Source: Alphaproteobacteria bacterium
GTDB lineage: Bacteria; Pseudomonadota; Alphaproteobacteria; Rs-D84
DNA: 64,000 bases
Direction of reading: 5' to 3'
Assembly (NCBI GenBank): GCA_046881825.1
Contig: JBKSMS010000011.1
Span: 8,604-72,603 of the forward strand
Shown: positions 27,009 through 38,984 of the stretch, piece after piece
Layout of the letters: each line of letters opens with the position of its first letter
Numbering within the stretch: the stretch's first letter is position 1
The notes under the pieces: model-generated
Database searches by the model: none
Told to the model about the DNA's origin: nothing
Seen by the model: the letters and a program-made list of their open reading frames with translations, nothing else
Program-made: the position numbers and the translations under genes

Positions 27009-27736
27009 TAAAAAAATCTGTATTGCGCGTTGAACATTTGTCCAAAAGTTATGGGAACCGTGTCGTTTTACGCGATATTTCCATGATTGCATCCCAGGGC
27101 GAATCTGTTGGATTACTTGGTCCAAACGGTGCTGGAAAAACAACTGCTTTTTATTGTATCACAGGGCAATTGGCGGCGACTGGCGGACAAATATTTTTAA
27201 ATTCCCAAGACATCACACACTTGCCATTTTATCAACGTGCACGTTTACACATCGGCTATCTGCCCCAAGAAAACAGTGTTTTCCGCGGACTTTCTGTCGA
27301 AGATAATATTATGGCGATTCTTGAAATTGTGGAACCGAATCGTAAAAAACGCGAAGAAAAACTAAACGCATTATTGGATGAATTTTCAATTGCTTTTTTA
27401 CGCAAAAATCCTGCGACATCTTTGTCTGGGGGTGAACGCAGACGTGTTGAAATTGCGCGCGCTTTGGCAAATGATCCTAAATTCATTTTACTTGACGAAC
27501 CGTTTGCAGGGATTGACCCAATTGCTGTTAATGAAATTCGTGAAATGGTATCTCAATTAAAAAACCGCGGATTGGGTGTTATTATTACCGACCACAATGT
27601 TCGTGAAACACTTGGTATCACAGACCGCAGTTATGTTTTACACGACGGTCAAATTTTAAAGCACGGAACATCCCGCGAAATTGTCCAAGACAAAATGGTA
27701 AAAAAGGTTTACTTGGGCGAAAATTTCACAATGTAA
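27005..27736 (+). CDS. lptB: LPS export ABC transporter ATP-binding protein LptB
   Basis: Walker A GPNGAGKTT, signature LSGGERRRVEIARAL, Walker B ILLDEPFAGIDP, and the LptB-type C-terminus VYLGENF. Confidence 0.95.
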   Translation: MIKKSVLRVEHLSKSYGNRVVLRDISMIASQGESVGLLGPNGAGKTTAFYCITGQLAATGGQIFLNSQDITHLPFYQRARLHIGYLPQENSVFRGLSVEDNIMAILEIVEPNRKKREEKLNALLDEFSIAFLRKNPATSLSGGERRRVEIARALANDPKFILLDEPFAGIDPIAVNEIREMVSQLKNRGLGVIITDHNVRETLGITDRSYVLHDGQILKHGTSREIVQDKMVKKVYLGENFTM

Positions 27737-27758
27737 AAATTTATTTTAATAATTATAG

Positions 27759-29036
<1,278 letters not shown>

Positions 29037-29038
29037 AA

Positions 29039-29245
29039 ATGTGGCATGGTATTAATATTTTACTGATTTTAAAATATGTGGCTGTCATATTCATATTTGT
29101 GTGTTTGATAATGACACCCACATATTTAGCAATTATAAACAATTCTTCAAAATATGACAGAATGCGTGTCCGTGTTGGTTCATGGATGTTTGGTTGGACT
29201 TTTGTTGGGTGGCTATTTGCGCTTTTTGTTTCAGCAAAAAAATAA
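29039..29245 (+). CDS. Superinfection-immunity (Imm)-family small membrane protein
   Basis: 68 aa with two TM segments and the family-like C-terminal block FGWTFVGWLFALFVS. Starts 2 nt after the eno stop. Confidence 0.6.
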   Translation: MWHGINILLILKYVAVIFIFVCLIMTPTYLAIINNSSKYDRMRVRVGSWMFGWTFVGWLFALFVSAKK

Positions 29246-29268
29246 AAAATGCCGGTTGGCATTTTTTT
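29244..29268. terminator. Bidirectional intrinsic terminator
   Basis: AAAAAATGCC-GGTT-GGCATTTTTTT. Confidence 0.65.
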
Positions 29269-30640
29269 ATTTTTTACCTTTTTTATTATCTTTTTGAGAT
29301 TCCGATTTTAATTCTGGCTGTTCAACCAAATCGCTTACCCTTATAATTTGTTTTGGGTTGTTCTTTAGCACAGCCATTTTTTCTTCCAGAATTTTTTTAC
29401 GTTCCATAAACAACGGTTTTTCTTTGGCGTCCAAATTATCTATGGCTGGCAATTTCACAGTCATCGGGTTCACGTGCACACCATTTTTAATAATTTCATA
29501 ATGCAAATGTGGTCCCGTAGACAATCCAGTTGACCCAGCATAGCCAATGATTTGTCCCTGACGAACCATAGTTCCTACCTTAACCCCTTTGGCGAATTTA
29601 GACATGTGTGCATAAAGTGTTTCATATGTTGCATTGTGTCTTATTTTTACAAAATTACCATGTCCGCGATTGAAACTGCGCGCTATGACACGACCGGCGC
29701 CAGCTGCTGGAATTGGTGTTCCTGTTGGTGCGCGGAAATCGACCCCTTTGTGCGCACGCGTAAACCCAAGAACAGGATGTTTACGAGCACCAGAAAACTT
29801 TGATGTAATTTTTGCATTATTAATTGGGGTACGTTTCAAAGATTTGATTGCGCCATTACCTTGGGCATCGTAATATCCCGAATGTCCATTTGCCTTTACA
29901 TAACGATACATTTGAACATTACCACGCAAAGCATCAAAAGAAACCGCCAAAACACGACCATTATCAACTTTTTTATCATTAGCAAAATTTTCTTCGTATA
30001 AAACATAGAACTTTTGTCCAGCACGAATATCGCGTTCAAAGTCCATTTCAAATGCCAACAAATCATATACATTTAAAATGATTCCTTCGGGCATTCCAGC
30101 ATCCATTGCGGAAAGATAGAAACTGCTGCCTTTTGCAATTTCGCCTTCTTTAAAAGCGATTCGTGTGTCGCGTTCAATTTCTATTTTTTGACATTGCCAA
30201 GTATCACGTGTTTCGCAATCGATTTCAATTCTGTTCCACGGCCCATTTTCAATAACAATCTTTGAAATTGGTTCGCCTTCTTTGGGTCGCACAAAATCAA
30301 ATTTATCACGTCCAGCACGCAGTGTAGTAAAATCTGCATCCTTTTTTAAATTCTTGGAAATAGCGTTTATATCATTTATAGAAAAACCTTGGGCACTTAA
30401 TATTTTTGAAAGACTGTCCCCTGATTTAACTTCTATCACAGTATGATGTTCAGGATTTACCACTTCCATCACAGCTTGACGCGCAGGTTTACTGCATACA
30501 ACAACACACACAGCAATAACAGCCATAATTGCCGCTATACCCAAAATTATACGAGACAACACATGCACATTGCCCAGTTTCTTGCAAGATTTTACCACAC
30601 TGGCAGTCATCTTTTTCATAATATTTTTTGCTTTTTTCAT
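29267..30640 (-). CDS. M23-family metallopeptidase (LysM-like plus OapA-like N-terminal region)
   Basis: HKGVDFRAPTGTPI, YAHMSKF and GSTGLSTGPHLHYEI motifs. The start is uncertain (ATGs at 30610, 30619, 30640, 30649). Confidence 0.85.
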   Translation of the reverse strand: MKKAKNIMKKMTASVVKSCKKLGNVHVLSRIILGIAAIMAVIAVCVVVCSKPARQAVMEVVNPEHHTVIEVKSGDSLSKILSAQGFSINDINAISKNLKKDADFTTLRAGRDKFDFVRPKEGEPISKIVIENGPWNRIEIDCETRDTWQCQKIEIERDTRIAFKEGEIAKGSSFYLSAMDAGMPEGIILNVYDLLAFEMDFERDIRAGQKFYVLYEENFANDKKVDNGRVLAVSFDALRGNVQMYRYVKANGHSGYYDAQGNGAIKSLKRTPINNAKITSKFSGARKHPVLGFTRAHKGVDFRAPTGTPIPAAGAGRVIARSFNRGHGNFVKIRHNATYETLYAHMSKFAKGVKVGTMVRQGQIIGYAGSTGLSTGPHLHYEIIKNGVHVNPMTVKLPAIDNLDAKEKPLFMERKKILEEKMAVLKNNPKQIIRVSDLVEQPELKSESQKDNKKGKK

Positions 30641-30661
30641 AAAGCTCATTATAATAAAAAT

Positions 30662-31429
30662 ATGGACATAAATCAAGCATTCGAAATATTAAAATCATCT
30701 GGTGGGGCTCATGCCGCCAGAATTATCACTGAACGACACAAAAAAATGTCATTTCTGCGCACTTGGTGGTATTCTCGGCTTTTGAAATGCGGGGTTCCGG
30801 TTGCCAAAATAATACATTCTAAATGGTTTTATGGCATGGAATTTTATACAAACCGCAATACCTTGGACCCACGCCCAGATACTGAAACATTGGTTGAATC
30901 AGTTATAAAAGATTGTGACGACTATCAGCCAAGACACATTCTAGATTTAGGAACAGGGACAGGCTGTATAATCTGCGCGCTTTGTAAAAACATCCCGAAT
31001 ACTTCTGGTGTCGCAATTGATAAATCAAGATTGGCTATTTGCGTTGCCAAAAAAAACATAAAAAAATTTGATTTAAAAAGACAAATCAAATTAAAACACG
31101 ATGATTTCGCAACTTTTAAATCAAAAGAAAAATTCGATATAATTGTGTCTAATCCACCATATATAAAACGCGGGGATTCACGCGTAAACGCAGGCGCAAA
31201 ATTTGATCCCAAAATCGCACTTTATGCAAAAAACGATGGTATGGCAGCATACGAACAAATAGCAAAAAATGCGATTCGTTTATTAAAGCCAAATGGGAAA
31301 ATATACCTTGAAATTGGCATCGGTCAATCAAACCAAGTTATAAAAATTTTTGAATTTTTTGGATGGAAATTTTTACGCATCGACAAAGATTTGTCCGGAT
31401 TGAACCGCGTATTGGTATTTACGCTTTGA
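30662..31429 (+). CDS. prmC: Release-factor glutamine methyltransferase PrmC/HemK
   Basis: Start at MDINQAFEILK. SAM motif ILDLGTGTGCI and catalytic IVSNPPYI. The upstream part of the track ORF overlaps the M23 gene and was discarded. Confidence 0.85.
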   Translation: MDINQAFEILKSSGGAHAARIITERHKKMSFLRTWWYSRLLKCGVPVAKIIHSKWFYGMEFYTNRNTLDPRPDTETLVESVIKDCDDYQPRHILDLGTGTGCIICALCKNIPNTSGVAIDKSRLAICVAKKNIKKFDLKRQIKLKHDDFATFKSKEKFDIIVSNPPYIKRGDSRVNAGAKFDPKIALYAKNDGMAAYEQIAKNAIRLLKPNGKIYLEIGIGQSNQVIKIFEFFGWKFLRIDKDLSGLNRVLVFTL

Positions 31430-32066
31430 AAAAATGGTTGTGTTGTCTAAGCCAACCAATCGTAGTATCCATACCATGACCATGAACAACATATGTCCCA
31501 TCATCTAAATTCTTGTCGTATAATTTTTTAATAGATTCAAATATCTGCTGTTGATTACCGCCGGGAAAATCAGTTCGACCAAAACTTTCCGCGAACAAAG
31601 TATCACCAGTCAATAATATTTTATATTTTGGAAAATAAAACATCATCCCCCCCGGGGTATGTCCCGGACTTTCCAGTATTTCCATATTTATATCTGGCAA
31701 AATTTCGATTGTTCCAACAGATATATTTTTTGGTTTTTTATAACCGTCATGAATATGTGGTATGTTAAACATATCCAACAATTCATTACCCCAACCAATT
31801 AAATAATTATCTTTTTCATTCAAAAACCAATCTACATTGAACGCCCGTGCCAAACTTGGTGCAGCAGATATATGGTCTGGGTGTCCATGAGTTGCATATA
31901 TCGCGCGCAGTTTTAATCCGCGTTCTAATAAAACCTTTTCCCAATCAGACGCCTTTCCCCAAGGGTCAAAAATTACCGCATCTGTCCCCGCATACACCAA
32001 CAAAGAATTAGTATTCGTTGGTGGCATATGCAGAACCTCAAATTTTACATCGTTATTTTTTTGCAT
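31419..32066 (-). CDS. MBL-fold hydrolase (glyoxalase II-like)
   Basis: THGHPDHISAAP (HxHxDH) and ESPGHTPGG. Start taken at [12 protein letters not shown], overlapping the ftsH stop by 14 nt. Confidence 0.8.
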   Translation of the reverse strand: MQKNNDVKFEVLHMPPTNTNSLLVYAGTDAVIFDPWGKASDWEKVLLERGLKLRAIYATHGHPDHISAAPSLARAFNVDWFLNEKDNYLIGWGNELLDMFNIPHIHDGYKKPKNISVGTIEILPDINMEILESPGHTPGGMMFYFPKYKILLTGDTLFAESFGRTDFPGGNQQQIFESIKKLYDKNLDDGTYVVHGHGMDTTIGWLRQHNHFFKA

Positions 32067-33951
32067 TTGATTTTTTGGTTGTTTTTTTTGATGTTTTTTT
32101 ATCAGAAATAATTGCGCGAATTTCATCCCCAGAAAGCGTTTCTTTATCCAGTAATGCCTTAGCAAGTTTTTCAACTTTTGCTTTGTTCTTAGAAACAAGA
32201 TTCTTGGCATCTTTATACGCAACATCTAACCAATTTTTAATTTCCGCATCAACCATTTCTGCGGTTTTTTCGGAAGCGTTTTCCAGCGCAATTCTTTGTC
32301 CAAAAGTATTCGCCTGATTAATCGCAACCATACCGATTTTATCAGACAACCCCGCAGTCGTAATTGAACGACGCGCAATTCGCGTAGCCATTGCAATATC
32401 ACTTTCTGCCCCAGTTGTGATTTTGTTTTTACCAAAGAAAACTTCTTCCGAAGCACGCCCCGCCAAATCGACAGACAAAGTTGCACGCACTTCTTCAATA
32501 GTCATTGAAACTTTGTCATCAATTGGTAAATGTTGCACCATACCCAGCGCACGACCACGTGGAATAATTGTCGCCTTGTGAATCGGGTCAACAATACCAT
32601 CATAATGCAATCCTACGAACGCATGCCCTGCTTCGTGATATGCAGTCAATTTAATATCTTCGGGACGCATCTTGCGGTTCTTTTTGGGTCCCATCAAGAT
32701 TTTATCGCGCGCTTCTTCTATATCGCTTTGTTCAACAAATTTGTGTTCTGCACGCACAGCATGTAGTGCCGCTTCATTTAAAAGATTTTCCAAATCAGCC
32801 CCACTGAACCCAGTCGTTCCGCGCGCCACATCCATCATAGACACATTATCATTTATTTTAAATTTTTTCGCATGTAATTCCAGAATATCCCGACGCCCCT
32901 CAAGATTTGGTAAATCAATATGAATCTGTCTGTCAAAGCGTCCAGGGCGCAACAGTGCAGCATCTAACATATCAGGACGATTCGTTGCGGCTATCACAAT
33001 AATGCCAGTATCATTTGCAAACCCGTCCATTTCAATTAACAACTGGTTCAAAGTCTGTTCACGATCGTTATCATTAAAGGAATGTTTACTGCGACTTTGA
33101 CCGATTGCATCAATTTCATCAATGAATAAAATACAAGGCGCATTTCTTTTTGCTAAATCAAAAATCTCTTTAATCTTTGCAACACCCAATCCAACGATAA
33201 TTCCAGAAAAATCACTGCCCGATGTGGCAAAAAACGGAACATTAGCTTCACCAGCCACAGCACGTGCCAACAAAGTTTTACCTGTTCCTGGTTCTCCAGA
33301 TAACAGCACACCACGCGGAACGCGCGCACCCAAAGATTTAAATTTATCCTTGTTCTTCAAAAATTCTACAACTTCCATCAATTCCTGTTTTTCAGAATCA
33401 ATGCCAGCCACATCTTTAAAAGTTGTTTTTGTTTTACCAGTGGTTATCTTAGTTGGATTTTGCCCAATCAAACTGCGTGTGATACCACCACCACCATTGC
33501 CACCACGCAACAGGCGCAACAACCAAAACAAGAACAAAACACTGACCGCGATTGGCAATCCCTTGCCAATCATATCCCAAGTAGAATCTTTTTTATTGAT
33601 TGAAACAGCTGTTCCATTTGCAGAAAGTTTTTCCAATAATTCTGGATTATAAGTAATAGTTGCACGATAAGGTGTTCCATCTTTCAATGTCCCAGTTGCG
33701 ACATCATCTTTTCCTATTTCCATGGTCTTGATATCACCGGCACGACGCAAAACATCTGAAAAGGATAATTCAACAGGTGCCTTTACAGACGCATTTGTTT
33801 CCGCAACAATTGCACCATTTTGAATTGTCGCATTATTCGTTGTACCCACAAATATCATACGCACAATCAAAGCGATAAATAAAACCGCAAACACAATCAG
33901 ATAATATTTTGAATTGTCTTTTTTATTAAATAGATTTTTTCCGTTTTTCAT
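32053..33951 (-). CDS. ftsH: ATP-dependent zinc metalloprotease FtsH
   Basis: Walker [18 protein letters not shown], an SRH region and the zinc motif HEAGHA. Start at MKNGKNLF; an alternative start lies 13 codons upstream. Confidence 0.95.
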   Translation of the reverse strand: MKNGKNLFNKKDNSKYYLIVFAVLFIALIVRMIFVGTTNNATIQNGAIVAETNASVKAPVELSFSDVLRRAGDIKTMEIGKDDVATGTLKDGTPYRATITYNPELLEKLSANGTAVSINKKDSTWDMIGKGLPIAVSVLFLFWLLRLLRGGNGGGGITRSLIGQNPTKITTGKTKTTFKDVAGIDSEKQELMEVVEFLKNKDKFKSLGARVPRGVLLSGEPGTGKTLLARAVAGEANVPFFATSGSDFSGIIVGLGVAKIKEIFDLAKRNAPCILFIDEIDAIGQSRSKHSFNDNDREQTLNQLLIEMDGFANDTGIIVIAATNRPDMLDAALLRPGRFDRQIHIDLPNLEGRRDILELHAKKFKINDNVSMMDVARGTTGFSGADLENLLNEAALHAVRAEHKFVEQSDIEEARDKILMGPKKNRKMRPEDIKLTAYHEAGHAFVGLHYDGIVDPIHKATIIPRGRALGMVQHLPIDDKVSMTIEEVRATLSVDLAGRASEEVFFGKNKITTGAESDIAMATRIARRSITTAGLSDKIGMVAINQANTFGQRIALENASEKTAEMVDAEIKNWLDVAYKDAKNLVSKNKAKVEKLAKALLDKETLSGDEIRAIISDKKTSKKTTKKSNAKK

Positions 33952-34903
33952 GTCTTTTCCTAAAACTTGTTCTTTTTCCTTCGGGAACAATTAAAATTCT
34001 GTCATTCAATCTTCGAATCGTGCAATGTCCCAATGTGAATTTACAATCGTTTTGTAAATTACATAGTGCCTTTTGCAGCGAATTCAAGCGAACCGGATAA
34101 CTATCCCCCCCAATTCTTTGAATCAGCATCCCCAGAAACTTTAATCTAATTTCTTCGGCTTCGTCAAATAAAAAAGCTGTATTAAACAAAGCCCCCCATG
34201 ACCGTGCCACCATTTCAATACGATTAGAAATATATCTGTCCATCCATTCACGAGTCCGCGCCAGGTTTTGAATTGCCAACAAAATTCGCGCATCACTTAT
34301 GTCCAGCTTATCATTTAACAGGTGTCTGTTTTTACGCATTTTAACACGCGTATAATGTTCGTCACTGTTCATAGAGTCAATAAAGTATTTGATATTGTTT
34401 TCATCACAATATTTTTTCAGCTCGTCGCGCGACACTTCCAATAACGGACGCAAAATAGTAATTCCATTTCTTTCTGATTTTGGCAACATAGCAGATAAAC
34501 CATACAAACCGCTGCCTCTTGATAGATTCATCAAAAAGGTTTCAATTTGGTCATCACTTTGATGCGCTGTTAAAAGATATTCTATACCGTTTTCATGGCA
34601 AAAATCAGCCATCATTTTATAGCGCGCTTCCCTGGCGGCGGCTTCCAGCCCTTTTTCCGGTTTTTCGCCATCCCAATAAAAAATCTGACAAGGTATATTT
34701 AATTTCACACAAACATTTTGAACATATTCTGTTTCTGTATCAGCTTCTGGGCGCAAACGATGGTTTACATGTAAACACACCACATCAGCCCCAATTTCAT
34801 GCAACCAATAAAGCAAACACATAGAATCAATGCCTCCACTGACCCCAACAGCCATTTTGGCACCATCATATTTGTGCATAAAATCAACAAACTTTTTATT
34901 CAT
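33926..34903 (-). CDS. tilS: tRNA(Ile)-lysidine synthase
   Basis: PP-loop VGVSGGIDSMCLL and HVNHRLR. Confidence 0.9.
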   Translation of the reverse strand: MNKKFVDFMHKYDGAKMAVGVSGGIDSMCLLYWLHEIGADVVCLHVNHRLRPEADTETEYVQNVCVKLNIPCQIFYWDGEKPEKGLEAAAREARYKMMADFCHENGIEYLLTAHQSDDQIETFLMNLSRGSGLYGLSAMLPKSERNGITILRPLLEVSRDELKKYCDENNIKYFIDSMNSDEHYTRVKMRKNRHLLNDKLDISDARILLAIQNLARTREWMDRYISNRIEMVARSWGALFNTAFLFDEAEEIRLKFLGMLIQRIGGDSYPVRLNSLQKALCNLQNDCKFTLGHCTIRRLNDRILIVPEGKRTSFRKRHEKRKKSI

Positions 34904-34951
34904 ATCTGGTTTATTTTATGTTATAATTTCAAAAAATAAAGGAAAAATGCG

Positions 34952-35524
34952 ATGAACAAAAAAATTAAATCTGTGGCTGTTTATTGTGGCCACCAGTTTG
35001 GAAACAACCCCGAATACACGCGTGATGCCAAAAAAGTCGGTGAATTATTGGCACGCAATAAAATGACTTTGGTTTTTGGTGGCGGCGATGTTGGTTTAAT
35101 GGGGACTGTCGCTGGGGCTGCGGTTGAAAATGGTGGCAAAGTTATTGGGATATCTACAAAACATGTCGTTTCCCTGCAAGAACCTGCGCACAAAGATATT
35201 GATGTAAAGATAGTAAAAGGACTGTCCATACGAAAAGAAGAAATGTTCAATTTATCAGATGCTTTTGTTATTTTACCAGGCGGAATTGGCACATTGGATG
35301 AAATGACAGACATCATGACAAAACAACAGGTTGGTGAAACTCACAAACCAATATACATGCTAAATACTGCAAAATATTGGGAAATTTTTGGGCAAGTTAT
35401 GGTTCAAATGCAAAACGAAGGTTTTATGAAAAGCGCAGATGAATACAACTTGCATGTTGTGAACACCCCAGAAGAATTAATCCAAAAACTAATCAACGGA
35501 GACAATTTTATCGCGTCCAGTTAG
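34952..35524 (+). CDS. LOG-family (TIGR00730) nucleotide phosphoribohydrolase
   Basis: VFGGGDVGLMG and ILPGGIGTLDE motifs. Confidence 0.9.
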   Translation: MNKKIKSVAVYCGHQFGNNPEYTRDAKKVGELLARNKMTLVFGGGDVGLMGTVAGAAVENGGKVIGISTKHVVSLQEPAHKDIDVKIVKGLSIRKEEMFNLSDAFVILPGGIGTLDEMTDIMTKQQVGETHKPIYMLNTAKYWEIFGQVMVQMQNEGFMKSADEYNLHVVNTPEELIQKLINGDNFIASS

Positions 35525-35722
35525 TCCGCGAATTATCTTGATTCTTGATTTTGGAACATCTAAATATTCAGATAATAATTCAATTACCGCTTCATTAGCA
35601 CGCCCATTTTCTGGGGCGACAGTCGTATAAACACGCAAAGCACCGCCACTTTCGACGACTTTGTTTTGTTTGGCATGTGGTGTCACACGAATATTAAAAG
35701 TCTTCGGTAAATCTTTCATCAC
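35489..35722 (-). CDS. DUF167 (YggU-like) protein
   Basis: RVTPHAKQNKV...APENGRANEAVIELLSEYLDVPKSRIKIIRGLTGRDK. Its 3' end overlaps the convergent LOG gene by 36 nt. Confidence 0.8.
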   Translation of the reverse strand: MMKDLPKTFNIRVTPHAKQNKVVESGGALRVYTTVAPENGRANEAVIELLSEYLDVPKSRIKIIRGLTGRDKIVSVD

Positions 35723-36041
35723 TCATTATATGAATATGGAAGTGCATCACAGATTGCCCTGCCCCGCGCCCAGTATTAGCGACAGTTCTAAAATTATCAC
35801 GCAGTCCTAATTTTTCGACTGTCTTGCGAACGCCAGACCAAAAAGCCACCTGTAATTCAGCCGGCGCATTTTGTGTAAAATCGAAAATATCTGTGTATTC
35901 ACCACGTGGAATTACCAAAACATGAACACGTGCACGTGGCGAAACATCATAAAAAGCCAAAACATTATCATCGCTATAAACAGTCTTACTAGGAATTTCC
36001 CCGCGCAAAATCTTTGCGAAAACATTATTTTTATCGTACAT
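35694..36041 (-). CDS. HIT-family nucleotide hydrolase
   Basis: Histidine triad [10 protein letters not shown] and N-terminal [10 protein letters not shown]. Confidence 0.9.
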   Translation of the reverse strand: MYDKNNVFAKILRGEIPSKTVYSDDNVLAFYDVSPRARVHVLVIPRGEYTDIFDFTQNAPAELQVAFWSGVRKTVEKLGLRDNFRTVANTGRGAGQSVMHFHIHIMSDERFTEDF

Positions 36042-36098
36042 ATATGTCCCCTTAGTTTTTTATGATAATACACCCAAAGCACCAACAAAATCAAGCCC

Positions 36099-36128
36099 CT
36101 TGAAATATAATTTTTTTGGACTATATTT
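36099..36128 (+). promoter_or_regulatory. Putative RpoH (sigma32)-type heat-shock promoter of groESL
   Basis: CTTGAAA, 15 nt, CTATATTT, about 30 nt upstream of the groES ATG. No CIRCE inverted repeat seen. Confidence 0.4.
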
Positions 36129-36159
36129 GAATCATAACGTAACAGCAAAGGAGTTGTTT

Positions 36160-36444
36160 ATGTTTAAACCATTACATAATTATGTTTTATTAGAAAGAAT
36201 TGAAGAAGAAAATAAAACCGCTGGCGGAATTTTTATCCCTGATAATGCCAAAGAAAAACCTGTTCATGGACGCGTAATCGCGGTTGGTGACGGGACAATT
36301 GAAAACGGGCAAAAGATTCCATTATCTGTAAAGCCTGGCGACAATGTTTTATTCGCCAAATGGGCAGCATCCGCAAACGAAGTCAAAATTGATGGCAAAG
36401 ATTATGTTTTAATCAAAGAATCTGACATATTAGGAATTTTGTAA
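36160..36444 (+). CDS. groES: Co-chaperonin GroES
   Basis: Start [17 protein letters not shown] behind AAAGGAG. The mobile-loop region TAGGIFIPD is present. Confidence 0.95.
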   Translation: MFKPLHNYVLLERIEEENKTAGGIFIPDNAKEKPVHGRVIAVGDGTIENGQKIPLSVKPGDNVLFAKWAASANEVKIDGKDYVLIKESDILGIL

Positions 36445-36457
36445 AAAGGAATAAATT

Positions 36458-38080
36458 ATGGCAAAAGATATTGTATTTAATACTGATAAATTGGCAACGG
36501 GTGTCGACAAAGCGGCAAACGCTGTCAAAATCACCATGGGGCCAAAGGGACGCACAGTTGTTATTGAACGTGCTTATGGCGCACCGATTGCTACCAAAGA
36601 CGGTGTGACTGTTGCCAAGGAAGTATCGTTAAAAGACAATGCTGAAAACATCGGTGCAAAAATGATTCAAGAAGTTGCGAAACGCGCTGGCGATACAGCG
36701 GGCGATGGAACAACAACAGCAACTGTATTGGCGCAACACATTTTCAAAGAGGGGCGTCGTGTTATCGCGGCCGGCATGAATCCAATGGATGTAAAACGCG
36801 GTATTGATATCGCTGTCGAAGCGGTTGTCAAAGACATTGAAAAACATGCTCGTCCTGTCAAAGATTCATCTGAAATTGCCCAAGTTGCAACAATTTCTGC
36901 AAATAATGATAAAGACATCGGGCAGAAAATCGCGGACGCTATGGACAAAGTCGGCAAAGAAGGCGTTATCACCGTCCAAGAAGCCAAAGGGCTGAACACA
37001 GAAATTGACACAGTCGAAGGCATGCAATTCGACCAAGGCTTTATGTCGCCTTATTTCGTGACAAACAGTGAAAAAATGTTGGCTGAATTGGACAACGCGC
37101 AAATCTTGGTTTCGGAAAAGAAAATTACGGGCTTGCAAGCATTACTTCCTATATTGGAACCAATTGCTCAATCGGGCCGTCCATTGTTAATTATCGCCGA
37201 AGATATTGAAAGCGAAGCATTGGCGACATTGGTCTTGAACCGTCTGCGTGGCGGATTAAAAGTGTGTGCAGTCAAAGCTCCAGGTTTTGGCGACCGTCGC
37301 AAAGAAATGTTAAAAGATATTGCTATTGTCACAGGCGCATCTGTTGTATCTGATGATATGGGCATGACTTTTGAAAATGTGACACCTGCAGTTTTAGGGT
37401 CTGCGAAACGCGTTGTTGTATCAAAAGACAAAACATTACTGGTCAACGGCAATGGCGACAAAAAAGCAATTGATGCACGCGCTGCTGAAATTCGTCAGGA
37501 ACTTTCTAATTCAACCAGTGAATATGACAAAGAAAAATTGGCTGAAAGATTGGCTAAATTGGTTGGCGGTGTTGCTGTTATTCATGTTGGTGGCATGACC
37601 GAAATCGAAGTAAAAGAAAAGAAAGATCGCGTAGATGACGCATTGTCTGCAACACGCGCTGCTGTCGAAGAAGGTATCGTCGCTGGCGGTGGTGTGGCTT
37701 TGGTTCGCGCAACAGAAAGTTTGAAAAAATTATCCGGCAATAACACAGATCAAAATGTTGGTATTGATATTGTGCGTCGCGCCATTGTTGCACCATGTAT
37801 GCAAATCGCAGAAAATGCGGGGGTATCTGGCGAAATAGTTGTTGGCAAAATCTTAGAAACCAATGATTATAACTTCGGTTATAACGCCCAAACAGGCGAA
37901 TATGTCGACATGATGAAATCTGGAATTATTGATCCAGCCAAGGTTGTAAAAACTGCGATAATGGCGGCAGCATCAACTGCGGGGGTATTATTGACAACTG
38001 GCGCAGTAATGTCTGAAATCCCAGAAGAAAAATGTTCTTGTGGCGGACAAAACAATCCACGCATGCCAGGTATGATGTAA
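36458..38080 (+). CDS. groEL: Chaperonin GroEL
   Basis: [34 protein letters not shown] and a C-terminal PGMM. Confidence 0.98.
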   Translation: MAKDIVFNTDKLATGVDKAANAVKITMGPKGRTVVIERAYGAPIATKDGVTVAKEVSLKDNAENIGAKMIQEVAKRAGDTAGDGTTTATVLAQHIFKEGRRVIAAGMNPMDVKRGIDIAVEAVVKDIEKHARPVKDSSEIAQVATISANNDKDIGQKIADAMDKVGKEGVITVQEAKGLNTEIDTVEGMQFDQGFMSPYFVTNSEKMLAELDNAQILVSEKKITGLQALLPILEPIAQSGRPLLIIAEDIESEALATLVLNRLRGGLKVCAVKAPGFGDRRKEMLKDIAIVTGASVVSDDMGMTFENVTPAVLGSAKRVVVSKDKTLLVNGNGDKKAIDARAAEIRQELSNSTSEYDKEKLAERLAKLVGGVAVIHVGGMTEIEVKEKKDRVDDALSATRAAVEEGIVAGGGVALVRATESLKKLSGNNTDQNVGIDIVRRAIVAPCMQIAENAGVSGEIVVGKILETNDYNFGYNAQTGEYVDMMKSGIIDPAKVVKTAIMAAASTAGVLLTTGAVMSEIPEEKCSCGGQNNPRMPGMM

Positions 38081-38092
38081 AAACAAAAAATA

Positions 38093-38120
38093 AAAAATCT
38101 CGCGTTATGCGAGATTTTTT
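38093..38120. terminator. Bidirectional intrinsic terminator
   Basis: AAAAATCTCGC-GTTAT-GCGAGATTTTT. Confidence 0.7.
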
Positions 38121-38883
38121 ATTTAACCTTGCTAAACGCTTTTAATAATTGACAGCGACAATATTTTACTTCGTCTTTTTCTTGTTTTTTATTTATCCAC
38201 ATTTTATTTTCACCATTTCCACCAATAACACCATCAATTTCACCATCTTTGTTAAGATAAACAAATATGGGCTGATAAATATTTTGTTTCAAAAACATAC
38301 TATCCACAGCGACATTAAATTTTACATTAAAATCTTTTTTTATCCAATGGAAAACCGGTATAACACCATTTGAACAATGTGCCAAATCTTTTTCCATATC
38401 GCCAAAATACCTGTATCCGTTTTTTACGTAAAAATCAACAGCGCGTCTTAACGGCGTAAGGCTTATTTTATCTGCAATCAAACAGGACGTGTTTTCAAAA
38501 GCCCTTAACAATCTAGAACCTATACCACACTTTTGATATTCGGGCAACACATATAAATGTTCCAAAAACGCCTCTTTAGAATAAACAGAAAATATTTCGC
38601 TTGAACGTTCAAAACAAAAACCTTGGGCAAAACCAACCATTTCTTTTTTATGATACGCAGCAAACGCCAGATTATGTTGCCAATTATACAAATTTCTTTG
38701 ATAATCACATAAATGACTTTGCCTTTCTTCTTCTTTGGAACACAAATTTCTAAATTTACCAGTAAAGGATCTTATTATTTCTGCATTACAAGCAAATTCA
38801 ATATTTATAAAATCATCCCAAACGCCTTTGACAGATTGGTTAAAAATTGGAACTATATCAAATTTTTTATCTTTTCTTATCAT
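38119..38883 (-). CDS. GNAT-family N-acetyltransferase (two-lobed)
   Basis: Acetyl-CoA motif LYVLPEYQKCGIGSRLLRAFE. Start uncertain: ATG at 38883, or TTG at 38940. Confidence 0.7.
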   Translation of the reverse strand: MIRKDKKFDIVPIFNQSVKGVWDDFINIEFACNAEIIRSFTGKFRNLCSKEEERQSHLCDYQRNLYNWQHNLAFAAYHKKEMVGFAQGFCFERSSEIFSVYSKEAFLEHLYVLPEYQKCGIGSRLLRAFENTSCLIADKISLTPLRRAVDFYVKNGYRYFGDMEKDLAHCSNGVIPVFHWIKKDFNVKFNVAVDSMFLKQNIYQPIFVYLNKDGEIDGVIGGNGENKMWINKKQEKDEVKYCRCQLLKAFSKVK

Positions 38884-38984
38884 TGACAAAATATTAAAAC
38901 CGACAATACGATTTGTCAAGAAACATCTTAAAATTTGCAAAACGGCTTTTTTCTGGTAAAATTTTCTTATACAAAAGGTAATCT

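Noticed and set aside
30443-30661. The N-terminal 73-codon extension of the prmC ORF in the track.
   Set aside because: It overlaps the 5' end of the M23 peptidase gene on the other strand and has His/Asn/Thr-rich nonsense composition. The conserved PrmC sequence begins at the ATG at 30662.
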